A stretch of DNA of 64,000 bases from Scenedesmus sp. PABB004. Taxonomy: Eukaryota. The position numbers were made by a program, and so were the translations under genes. The notes beneath the pieces are model-generated. The model did not search any database. It saw only the letters and a list, made by a program, of their open reading frames with translations, and was not told the origin of the DNA. The stretch spans positions 496,001 through 560,000 of the forward strand of contig JABVCE010000016.1 of NCBI GenBank assembly GCA_014905635.1, given 5' to 3'. Below, one piece after another: positions 46,101-57,003 of the stretch; position 1 is the first letter of the stretch, and each line of letters opens with the position of its first letter.

Positions 46101-47974
46101 CGTCGCTGCGTTGTCGCTCGTCCAGCCGCTGCCGGCGCTCGCACGTGTCGTCGCGCGCGTGACCAGCAGCCGCGGCCACGTCCGCAAGTCGGTGTCGGTG
46201 GGCGACGGCGCCGCCGCAGGCGGGGACGCCACCACGGTGGAGTGGTACGGGGACGCCTCTCCGCCGTCGCCGTCGCCTGCGCCGGTCAAGGGCCCGGAGC
46301 TGCTGCTCTCGCTGCAGCCCAGCGCGCGCGTGCCGGTCGGGACGCCGGTCGTCGTGGCTGCCCAGTACACCGACCTCGCGGGCACACCCGTGGTCGGCCG
46401 GCCTGTGGTGCTGTCTGCGGCGTTCACCGACGGCGCGACGCGCACCGTGCGGCGCCGCACCGACGCGCAGGGCCAGGCGAGCATCACGCTGGTCAGCCCC
46501 ACCATCACCGTCGCCAAGGTGGGCCGCAGGGTTCAGGGTTGGGGCCGGCGCGGCGCGCTCGCCCGCCTCGCGCCGCGGGGGCTGCGCCCGAGCTGCCGGC
46601 CCAGCCGGGTTGAACCCGCCCGCCTCGATGGCTCGCTGCCGCAGGTGACCGCCTCAGCCACCGCGTTTGGCGGCAAGCTGCCCATCTCGAGTACTGGCAC
46701 GCAGCTGACATCCCTGACCAAGGTGCGGGGAGGCGGCGGCGCCGGCCGCCCGCGCCGTGGCTGCCCGCACTCTGGCTGCCCCCGGCCCCTGCCGGCCGGC
46801 GCGGCGGCTCGGTGCTGCTGCCGGCTCGGCGGCCCTGCTGGGCAGGCGGTCACGCCCCGCCCGTCCGCTGTGCGCCGCGGCTTGTACACAGACTGTTGAG
46901 TGGTTTGCACCAGAGGTCAAAATCACCTCCGCAAGCTTCAGAGCCTCCCTGCTGCTCACCAAGGCCGTCCCCATCGTCGAGCTGACCTGCGCCTCGCTCG
47001 CGCGCACCGGCCTCGACGCCGCGCTCGCCGCCGGCGTGCAGCAGGACGTGTCGGCGTGCCTCGCGGCCAAGTCGGCCAAGCGGGCGCTGCCGAGGCGCAG
47101 CATCAGCGTCACACCTGGCGCGTGCGTCGACCAGGTGCGCGCCGGGCCCCGGCCGACCTGCCCGCGCGGCGCGGCTGCCCTGCGCCACAGCCGCCGCCGC
47201 CGCCGCCATCGCGCGCTCGGCTGAGCCCCGCCCGCCGCGGCCCGCCCCTCGCGCGCGCAGGGCGCCGACGGCGTGTCGGTGTGCTTCACCGTTAGCATTG
47301 ACGGCGTGAGCGCAGACCTCGAGGCCACGCTCCGCGCCGCAGTGCGCGAGCTCAGCACCGAGCTCACCGCTGAGACCGTGTGCGGCGTGCTGGGGAAGAC
47401 CTGCGCTGTGCTGCACAACAAGCTCGTCCACGTCGCCGGCAGCTGCGCCGCGCGCGCGGCGGCGGGGTGCTGCACGCCCGCGGCCTTCCCGCCGACCCCG
47501 GGCGGCCCGGGCGGCGTCTGCCCGCTCGGCCCCGCCGACGCGCGGCCCGCCGCGGGCGCGGTCCCCTGGACGGGCACGGCCGTGCCGGTGCCCGGCGGCA
47601 GCTGCACCGTGCTGTCCTGCGACGTGCTGCGCGGCGACGCGTGCTTCCCCTTTGTTGCTGACATCACGCAGCAGTCCAAGGTCGTCGGCGCCGCCACGGT
47701 GTCGTGCGTGGGCGGCAAGGTGGTCGGCTCCTTCGCCGCCGCGCCCGGCTTTGCGCTCTCCAACGCGCGCGTGCAGTCGGTCTGCGGCGAGGCGCCGACG
47801 TACTGCCCCACGCGCCTGCAGCACCGCCTGAGCGTCGGCGGCGGCGCCGCCCGTGCGGCGACGCCGCACTCCGCGCCGCTCGCGGTCACGAGCGCCGGCG
47901 ACGGCGGCTGCCTATGCCCGGATGGCTGCGCGCCCTTCATCTGGGTAGACGCGGACGTGGCCGCAGAGTGCTGA
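40190..47974 (+). CDS. Large secreted protein: 3 Cys-rich repeats, 8 bacterial Ig-like (Big_1/invasin-type) repeats, Pro-rich linker, Cys-rich C-terminus
   Basis: Signal peptide MARAACGSRLVLGLALLAAAVAGA; three SSCxANxLG...CP and CxGxVxC...WxGxxCF...N(W/Y)KVC units; eight about 100-aa repeats with PxxGxxVxF...T(D/N)xxGxA...VxW. The junctions checked join in frame to TGA 47972-47974. Confidence 0.8.
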
Positions 47975-49199
47975 GCGCGCGGCCCAGCGCGCCGGGCTGT
48001 CAGGCGGGACGAGGCGCGCCGCAGCGCGCTCGCTAGTGAACAGGAGCCGAACAGGGGCGGGGTGTGTTGGGCGGATCCAAATATCAGAGGCGGCGCCATG
48101 TGCGCGGGTGGGAGCCCCGCCCGCGGTGGGAACATGTGGACGGGCGGGCGGCCGGGGTCGGCGTATTTGTGTACTGCACTGGCTGCATCGTTGTTTGCAG
48201 CTCAGCACAGCGGCGGAGAGACCCTGCACTGAGCTGGCGCTGGCGCTGGTGTGCTCAAACCCATGAAGCGTGAACCCTAGTCAACCTAGTTAAGGCAGCA
48301 CGCAGCGCGCACGTGGCGTGCATTCGTCGGTGCGCACTGTCAAAGCGTCAAAGCACTGCACGTCCCTTCCACCCAGGCATGGGTCATCCCCTCGCAACAC
48401 CACCTTCCTTGGGCTGGGCGCTGCACACAAACCGCGCTGTGGGTTCAGCGCTGGCGTCACTGAACCCGATCCGGCCCGCAGCAGCTCCATCCATGCCTTG
48501 AGCCTACATCGACGCTCGCTCACTCACCTCTCACTCGCCGGCACTCACTCACTCACTCGTCTCTCACCAACTTGCACCACATCTCACTCAACGCCGGACC
48601 CTCGGCCCCGCAGTGGGGCCGCCCACCACACGTCCCCCATCCCTGCACCCACACGCCGGAGCGGTGGCCGCAGCAGCCGCCCCCGGCAAACTGCACTCCG
48701 AGAGCCTCCTCGCGCGTTCTAGAATGCACCTGCTTGTTCGCCGAACCGCGGCGCAGCCACCTTATCCGCTGGCGCCGTGCCTCCAACGCATGGCACCATT
48801 GTTCTGCACCCTTCTCCTGTGATAACAGCCTCGCAGCAGCACAACTTCAAACACGCGCCCGCCTTTGATCGGGCGGGCGGCGCGGGGGTGTGTGCGCGTT
48901 GACCAGATTGAACCGCAAGGCGCCAACTGGCGAAAAGGTTGGTTGGTATTTATTGGCGCGGCGGTCGCTGCCGCGTGTAACTTCAGCGGTCTCCGAGCCG
49001 CGGCCGCGCGCATGCGCAGCTGCGGTGCCCCGCGCTGCCGTGGTTCAGGGCATGGCACGCCGTTGCCGCGTGGCTACTGGCTCGTCGTGGCGCACGTCCT
49101 GACTCGCTGCAGACGCTCCCAGAGCGAGCCCAGGGCAGCAGCCGCCTCGCTGCAGGCGCCCGCGCAGCAGCAACAGCAGCGGCTCCGCGGCTGGCGGCG

Positions 49200-50739
49200 A
49201 TGCGCTCCTGCCCCGGCTCGGCTGCTGGAGTGCTCTCCAGCGCTCCCTTACACCGCCACAGCTGTTGGTGGGGCCGCGGCAGCAGGAGCAGCGGCGGCGG
49301 CAGCAGCGGCAGCAGCGGCGGGGGCGCAGCGGCAGCGGCGCCGCGCCGCAGCTCAGGCCGTGCCCCAGGCAGCGCAGCGGGAGCGTGCTTACGAGCCTAC
49401 CGCGCCGCCGCCGACCCCGTGGTGTCCACGGCCTGGCTCGCGGCGCGGCTCGGCGACGTCGCGGTGCTGGACGTGCGCGGCGAGGTCACAACGGTCGCCG
49501 CGGCGCCCGGCGAGGAGGAAAGCAGCTACGCCGCCGCCTACGCGGCCTACCTCGAGGGCCACGTCCCCGTGCGCGGCGGCGCAGGGCGCAGGGCGCACTG
49601 CGCGCTGCCGGGCCGCGGGCAGCCAGGGCCGCACGCCGCACGCCGCAGGGCGCGGTGTTCTGGGACTGGACGGCCACCGCCATCGACGCCGGCGCGGGCA
49701 CACCGCTGCAGCTGGAGACGGCGCCCGACCTGCTCGCGGCGGCGCTCGAGGCGAAGGGCGTGGGCAGCGACCGGCCGGTCGTGGTGCGGCGGGGCGCCGC
49801 GCCGCGCGGCCCCGGCCCCGGCCCGGCCCACGCGCACGCCTGGGACGCGCCGCCACGGCCCGCCGCCCGCGCGGCGCGGCCGGCAGGTCTACGACGGCGG
49901 GGACGGCATGCTCGCCGCGCGGCTGTGGTGGAGCCTCACGGTCGCTGGTCACCCCGAGGCGCTCGTCCTGGAGGGCGGCTGGGCGCGCTGGCGCGCGGAG
50001 GGCCGCCCCAGCGAGCTGCACGAGCCCTGCACTCTCAAGGCGCGGCGCGGCGGGGGAGGCTGGACGCTGGCCGCCGCCGCCCCTCGCGCACGGCCGTGCG
50101 CTGGAGCGCCGCGCCCGCGCGGCCAGCTGCCTGGCGCGCGACCGCGCGCCCGCGCGCCGCGCGCCGAGAGCAGGTGTACGCCACCTTTGAGGCAGAGATG
50201 CAGCCGCAGCTGCGCGCGACGCTGGACGACGTGGCCGCCATCGTGCGGGGCGAGCAGCAGCAGGGGGCGCTGCTGCTGGACACGCGGTCGGCGGCGCAGT
50301 TCAACGGCGAGGTGAGCCGCGGGCCCGGCGGGCTGCAGCCGCGCAGCGCGCCGTCCAAGGGCGAGCGGCGCCCACCCTGCCGCCCGCCGACCGCCGCGGC
50401 CGGGCGCGCCAGGTGCGGCGCGGCCCGCGCGGCGGGTGCGTGCCGGGCGCGGTCAGCCTGCCGCGGCCCGCGCTGTTGGGTGACGCGGACGGGTGGTTCA
50501 AGCCGCTCGCCGAGCAGCGCCGGCTGCTCGAGGCCGCGGGCGTGGTCTTCCCAGGCGACGGCGACGGCGGCAGCGGCGACGGTGCCGCCGTCGTCGCGTA
50601 CTGCAACGGCGGCGTCGCAGCGTGCACCGCCGCGCTCGCGCTGCACCGCCTCGGCCACCGCCGCTGGGCGGTGTACGACGGCTCATGGAACGAGTACTCA
50701 CGCGCGAGCGAGCTGCCGGTCGAGCGAGCGGAGCCGTGA
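49200..50739 (+). CDS. Two-domain rhodanese / sulfurtransferase (SseA/TST/MPST family)
   Basis: VVSTAWLAARL..VLDVR; YLEGHVP|GAVF; VV|VYD; AARLWWSL; VLEGGWARW; LLDTRSAAQFNGE; VVAYCNGGVAA; AVYDGSWNEY. Confidence 0.93.
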
Positions 50740-50757
50740 GCTTCTCCTCTGGGCCGC

Positions 50758-50789
<32 letters not shown>

Positions 50790-50804
50790 AGGTGACCGAT
50801 CGCC

Positions 50805-50824
50805 CCGTTACAGCCGTGTAACGG
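50805..50824. terminator. Bidirectional TGTAA poly(A) signals forming an inverted repeat between convergent genes
   Basis: CCGTTACA-GCCG-TGTAACGG, with TGTAA on + at 50817 and on - at 50812-50808. TGTAA is the established chlorophyte near-upstream element. Confidence 0.7.
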
Positions 50825-50863
50825 CGCAGCGCTCGTGCGCGCAGTGCGCACGCGGCCCGCCGG

Positions 50864-51841
50864 TCAGCCCATCTTGCTCGCGACCTTGCTCAGCAGGCCC
50901 CCCGGCGCGCCCGCCTCGGCGTCGGCGTCGGTCACGGGCAGCAGCGCGTGCCTCGTGGCGAGGCTCTTGAGCGCGTCAAAGCCCTGCAGCACGCGGCTGC
51001 GGTGCTGCTTGCCCGCGGGCGCGGCGCCGCTGCCGCCGCGCTGCAGCCGCGCCGGCAGGCCCATGAAGCCCGCGCCGCCGCCGGCGGCGCCGCCGTCGAG
51101 GCCCGTCAGCGTGAAGCTGCCGTGCGCCTGCTGGTCCGGCAGCGGGCCGCGCACGTCGCGCGCGCCCGGGCGCGCCCAGTGCGCCGGGCCGCCCGCCGCG
51201 GGCGGCGGGCCGCGCTTGAGCAGGCCCGCCGCCGCTGCGGCCGCCGCCGCGGTCGGCGTGACCGCGGGCGAGCCGCACGACCCCGCGCTGCCCTGCGAGC
51301 GCAGGCCGAGCATACCCGCGCCGCCGCCGCCGCCGGGCGGCGCCGCGAGCGGCAGCGAGTCAGTCGCGCTGCTCAGCAGGAGCATGCACGGCACCGGCCA
51401 GACGAGCGCGGCGAGCGTGCACGTGAGCTGCGTCGTCGACGCGCCCGCGTCAAACATCGTCCAAACCCAGGCTGTCTGGTGCGCGAGGAGCAATATCACC
51501 GCCCCAATCGTCAACGGCAGGTTCTCCTGGTGCCGCGGGTGGTGGCGCAGCAGCGCCCACGACACGGCGTGCGAGAGCAGGCCCACGGCGTTGGGCAGCG
51601 CCGCGCCGCGGTCGCAGAGCAGCCACATCGCCTGCAGGCCTGCGCACGCGAGCGTGGCCCGGCGGATGAGGCGGTAGCTCGTTTTTACGTGGTCTTCCAG
51701 CCACTCCGCCGCGATGTAGAGCCCGCTCGCGAGGCACGCCGTCGCGGCCAACAGCAGCACGCACGCGCCCGCCCCCTGCGCGAGCCGCGCCGGCGCGGCG
51801 GCGAGCAGCGCGCCAGCGCTGCGCATCGCCAGCTCCGGCAT
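50864..51841 (-). CDS. TEX261/Svp26 (Erv26)-like ER-Golgi membrane adaptor, single exon
   Basis: TACLASGLYIAAEWLEDH...RLIR...WLLCDRG....VGLLSHAVSWALLRHHP...HQTAW...LVWPVPCMLLLSSATDSLP resembles the Erv26 pattern; several hydrophobic segments. Confidence 0.75.
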   Translation of the reverse strand: MPELAMRSAGALLAAAPARLAQGAGACVLLLAATACLASGLYIAAEWLEDHVKTSYRLIRRATLACAGLQAMWLLCDRGAALPNAVGLLSHAVSWALLRHHPRHQENLPLTIGAVILLLAHQTAWVWTMFDAGASTTQLTCTLAALVWPVPCMLLLSSATDSLPLAAPPGGGGGAGMLGLRSQGSAGSCGSPAVTPTAAAAAAAAGLLKRGPPPAAGGPAHWARPGARDVRGPLPDQQAHGSFTLTGLDGGAAGGGAGFMGLPARLQRGGSGAAPAGKQHRSRVLQGFDALKSLATRHALLPVTDADAEAGAPGGLLSKVASKMG

Positions 51842-52633
51842 GGCTGCTGCTCTTGGCGCTGCTCCTGCGCTGCTGCGCCGCCAGGCGCGGCGGCGGCGCG
51901 GGCGTGGACGCCGCCGCTGCTGCTGGTCGTGGCGCTTCCGGGATGTCCCCCGCTGCAGCTCGTTCGACGTTTAGGCAGCTGGCGCGTGCGGGCAGCGCGC
52001 GCCGGCGAGCACGCAGGGCTGTGGCGGGCGGTGCGCGCGGGCCGAATGAATGCGGTCTCTCGGCTGCGCCCTGGGGCGCGGAGGGGGCGCGGGCAGCTCG
52101 CGTGTGGATGCGCGCAAATGCATGCGATCGCCTGGGCGGCCTGCCAGGACCGCTGCATGCTTTGCCTGGAGCTGAGCCCGCGCTCGAGCCTGCGAGTCTT
52201 CCTCGGCACGCGCGCATCCGTTCTTGGGCGCCAGCGCGGCCCTGCACCGATCGGGCCGGCCTGACGCCAGGGGCGACGCCGACGCGAGGGGAGGCCACGC
52301 CGAGCAGCAGCAGTCCAGCACCTGCGCCGCCGCCGCTCGCTGCCGCGGGCAGCTGCTCTCGCCCCGCGCCCGCTGCTCCGGCTCAGGACACTCCGTGCAC
52401 CTCGTCTGCCTCGGCCGCCGGAGCGGCGCACGCGGCGGGGCGCAGCAGCGGCGGCGGTTGCAGCAGCTGCTCGCGCGGCGCATGCGGCGGCGCCCCCGCC
52501 GGCTCCTGCCGTCGCGGCGCGCCTGAGGCAGGTGCGCCGGAGCCGCCGCCCCGCGCGGGCGCCGCCCCGCGCGCGCCGATCGTTGCTGCGCGGCTGCCTA
52601 CGCCGCCGATCCACCGGAGGCGGGGCGGGCGCG

Positions 52634-55600
52634 ATGCCCGCGCTCGCGCGCGCGCCGAGCGCGGCGCTGGGCGAGGACGAGAAGCTCGCGGCGCTGACGA
52701 GCGCGGCGGACGTGCACCGGCTGCTGCACGAGACGGTCGCGCGGGAGCGTGCGATTGAGGCGGCGCTCGACAAGCAGCTCGCGCGCCGCGGCGAGCTGCA
52801 GCGCGCCGTCGCGGGCCTGCAGGCGGGCACGGCCGAGGTGCGCGGCGGCGCGGCGCGGCGGGCTGCGCACGCGGCGGCGGTGCGGCGCGGCGGGCGGCGG
52901 GCCGTCGCCAGCGTCGACGCGGGCGCCGCCGCGCCGCCGCCGCGCCGCGCCGCGCCGTGCAGGTGCTCGAGCTCGCCCGCGCCGACGCGGAGCAGCTCGC
53001 GCGCGGCGTCGCGGCGACCGCGGCGGCGGCGGACCGCATCGGCAGCCGCGTGCGCGCGCTCGACGCGCAGGCGGGCGCGGTGGGCGAGACGCTGGAGCTG
53101 ATCGGGCTCATCCTCGATCGTACGCACTGCGTGAGCGGCGTGCAGCAGGCGATGGCGGCGGGCGACTACGACGCCGCGGCGGGGCACATCGCCACGTTCC
53201 TGGCGCTCGAGGCTCGCCTGGCCGCGAGCGGCGCGGCGGCCGCCGGCGGCGGCGCCGACGCGGGGCAGGCGGAGGAGCAGCGCCAGGTGCGGGCGGCGGC
53301 GCCCCCCCCCCCCCCCCCGCGCCGCGCCGGCGATCCGCCGCCGCGCGGCGGCGTGGCGGCGCGGCGCGCAGCAGCACCGGCCCAGCGCCGCGCCGCACCG
53401 CGCCGCGCGCAGCTGCTGCTGTCGGCGAAGGCGCAGCTGGAGGGCGTGGTGAGCCAGCGCCTGGAGGACGCGGTGGGCGCGCGCGACCACGCGGCGGTGC
53501 TGCGCTTCGTGCTGATCCACAAGCCGCTGGCCGCGCCGGAGCGCGGCGTCAGCAGGTGCGCGGCGCGCGCGCCTGCGGCAGCGGCGGGCGCGTCGGCGCG
53601 CGCGCGCGGGCTGTCAACGCGGCCGGCGTTGACCGCGCGGGGGCCCGGTCAACGCAGGTACGTCGACTACATGCGCCTGGTGCTCGGCGCCCAGGCCCGG
53701 GAGCTCTACGCCTCGCTTGACGCCGTGCTGGACGCGCGCGGCGGCGCCGGCGCGCCGCCCCGCGCGCGCGGCGGCGCCGCAAAGGCGGCCGCGGCGCCGG
53801 CGGGCGTGGTGGACGTGCTGAGCGCGCTGTTCCGGTCGGTCGCGATGGCGGTGGAGGCGGACGAAGCGGCGCTGGTCGGCGCGTTTGGCGCGCGCGCGCT
53901 CGCCGACGTGGTGGTGGGCGTGCAGGCGGAGGTCGACGCCGCGGGCGTGCGCATGCTGGATCGCTTCCTTGAGGCGCGGCGCGTCGCGGCGCTCATCAGC
54001 GTGAGTGGACCACCGCGCGCACACGCCGCCGCGCGGGGCGCAGGGCGCAGGGCGCCGCGGGGCGGCGCCAGCCCGCCGCGCGCGGCGCTCGCCCCGCCAA
54101 CCATGTGCCGCGTGCCGTGCCGCGCCGTGCCGCGCGCAGGACGCGCAGGGCCGCAAGCGCGCCTCCCCGCTGCCGCCGGGCGGCGGCGGCGGCGACGCGG
54201 TCGCCGCGACCAAGTGCGGCGCTGCGCCGGCGGCGCGCGCCGCCCGCCCGCCGCGCCCGCCGCCCTCTCGGTCGGGACTGCCGCCGCGGCCAGCCCCCGC
54301 TGATGCTGCCGCCCGCTATTCGCCGCCCCGCGCTGCAGGCAGGTCGAGGCGGTGATCCAGGAGCTGGTGCTGCTCGTGGCGCGCAGCGAGGAGTACTTTG
54401 GTTTTATGTCCTCCCGCATGGCCGAGGCAGTCGCGGCCGAGGTCGCCAGCATGGGCGCGCCCGCCGGCGGCGCGGGTGGCGCGGCGCGGCGCGCCTCGGC
54501 GCCCGACGCGGCCAAGGACAGCGGCGGCGGCGGCGGCGGCGCGGGTGCGTGCGGGGGCGCCACGCCGCGCCGCGCCGCCCCCGTGCCCCGCCTCACACTC
54601 CGCCCCCGCGCCGCCGCCCCCGCCCCCGCGCCGCCGCCCCTACGCCCGCCGCAGCGCTCGACCCGGCCGCCGCGGCGCTGCAGGCGCACCTGGGGCAGGC
54701 CGAGGCGGCGCTGCGGTCGGGGCCGTTTGCGGTCGCGGTGCGGCAGCTGCTGGGGCAGTACCTTGCGCTCGAGGAGCTGTACCTGGAGGACACCACCGAC
54801 ATGGCCATCCGCATCGACGAGGTGGTGCGTGCGCCCAACGCATGAGCCACGCAGGGCGGCAGCGCGGGGCACAACGGGCGTCGGACGCTGCGGCCGCGTG
54901 CGCCGGCGCGCGGCGCCGAGGCGCGGCGGGCGGCTCGCCGAGGCGCGCCGCGCCGCGCGCCGCGGCCGCCGGCGCAGGTCGCGGGCGCGCTGACGTCGTC
55001 GGTCGTGGACGACGCGTTTTTCATCCTCAAGAAGTGCGGCGGCCGCGCGCTCGCGACGCGCAGCGTGCAGTGCGCCGCCGCGGTGCTTGGGCAGCTCAAC
55101 GACCTCGCCGCGAACAAGCTCCGCGCCGCGCTCGCGGCGAAGCTCGGCGCGGGGCCGGGCCGCCTGCTCGCGGCGGCGCCGGCGCTCGACGGCAGCGGTG
55201 CGCGCAGCCCGCGGGGGCGCGACGCGCAGGGACAGCGCGCGCGCGCGCGTGCCTCTGCCGCTGGCGCAGCCGCCGGCCGCGACGACGACGCCGCGCGCCG
55301 CGCGCCGCGCGCCCGCCCGGCCGGCCGCAGGCGCCGCCGGCGGCGCGCCCGACGCCGGCGCGGTGGGCCACGCGGTCGCGATCAACAACATCGACGTCGC
55401 GGGCGAGTACGTGCGCAAGCTGCGCGGCGAGCTCGAGGGCCACGCGGAGCGCCTCTTCCCGCGCGCGAGCGAGCTCGACCGCCTGCGCAGGCGCGGCGCA
55501 TGCCCGCCCGGGCCTGGCGCGCGCGCGGGGCGCGGCGCGCGCAAAAGGCCCCGGGGACACGGCCCCGGCGCGGCGCCCCGCCGCCGACGCCGCCGCCCCG

Positions 55601-56620
55601 CCCGCCGCCGCGCCGCAGCGTGCTGGTCGACATGACCAAGACCGCCGGCGACTTCCGCGGCGCCGCGGGCAAGGCGCTGGAGGCGGTCGCGGACGGCCTG
55701 CTGCCGCGGCTGCGCCCCATCCTGGACGAAGTCGGCACGGTGCGCCGCGCCGCGCCGAGCTCCTGGCCTGCCGCGCCGCGCCGCCGTCCGCGGTCCACCG
55801 CGTTCACACGCGCCGCGCCGCGTCGCACGCAATGCGCCCCGCCGCGCCGCAACGCGCCCCGCCGCGCCGCAGACGAGCTACCAGCTGAGTGAGTCTGACT
55901 ACGCTGGCGGCGAGCTCGGCGGCGGCTGGGTGATGCGCCTCGCGGTGGGCCTGGAGCTGCAGCTCTCCTGGCTGCAGCCGCTGCTCACGCCCGGCTGCTG
56001 GGAGAGCCTCGCGCTGCTGCTGCTCGACAAGCTGCTCACGCGCCTGGAGGTGCTGCTCGGCCGCAAGGTGCGGCACAGCCGCGGACGTCGCCGCGGCGAC
56101 GCGATCGCCCGGCCGCTGCGGCCGGCCGCGGCGGCAGCGGCGGCGGCCGACCTCCCCACCACGCTCACGCACACGCGCGCACGCCGCGCGCCCCGCCCCG
56201 CCCGCGCGGCGGCGCCGCGCAGACGTTCACGCAGCTCGGCGGGCTGCAGCTCGACCGCGACGTGCGCAGCCTCGTCGCGGCGGCGGGCGAGCTCACGACG
56301 CGCCCCGTGCGCGACAAGTTTGCGCGCCTCACGCAGGTGCGGCACCGCCGCACGTCCCCCGCGCGCGCCCCGCACCCGCCCCTTCCGCCGCCTGCCCGCG
56401 CCGTGCTCACGCGCGCGCCGCGCCGCGGCCGCCGGCGCCGCGTGCCCCGCATCGTCAGATGGCCATCGTGCTGAGCCTCGAGTCGGTCGAGGAGTTCCTT
56501 GACTATTGGGGCGACGACACGGGGCACATCACATGGCGCCTCACGCCGAGCGAGGTGCGCGGCGTGCTGGGGCAGCGCCCCGACTTTGCGCGCGACGCGA
56601 TCGCCGCGCTGCCGCTGTGA
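52634..56620 (+). CDS. COG4: Conserved oligomeric Golgi complex subunit 4
   Basis: RIGSRVRALD; GDYDAAAGHI; AIRIDE; LTSSVVDDAFFILKKCGGRALAT; FTQLGGLQLDRDVRSLV; VRDKFARLTQ|MAIVLSLESVEEFLDYWG...TWRLTPSEVR..L..RPDF. Confidence 0.95.
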
Positions 56621-56679
56621 GCGCCGGCGGTCGACGGTCAACGCCGGCGCGCGCGCGCTCGGGTTACCCGGGCGGACGG

Positions 56680-56684
56680 TGTAA
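56680..56684 (+). terminator. Candidate TGTAA poly(A) signal for COG4
   Basis: TGTAA 60 nt after the COG4 stop. Confidence 0.6.
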
Positions 56685-57003
56685 CGCTGCGGACGGGGAG
56701 AGGGCATGCAAGGTCGGCGCAGTGCTGGATCGAACGCGCCGCAGTGCTGGACACGGAAATCTCGAGCTCGTGCATTCGCACACCCTGCAGGCCGCTGCCC
56801 GCGCGCGGCGCCGCGGTCGCCGCCGCCGTCGCGGGAGCGTAGCAGGGCGCGGTGCTCTGTACAGGACGTGACTAGCCCGTCGCCCAGCGCTGTGCTGCAG
56901 CACACAGCAGAGCCCCCAGCCGCAGCAGGACGTCCTGCAGGCAGCAGCTGCTGCCGACAGCCCGCAGTCAAACAGGCCTAAGCGCCGCACAGCCGGATCA
57001 CAC

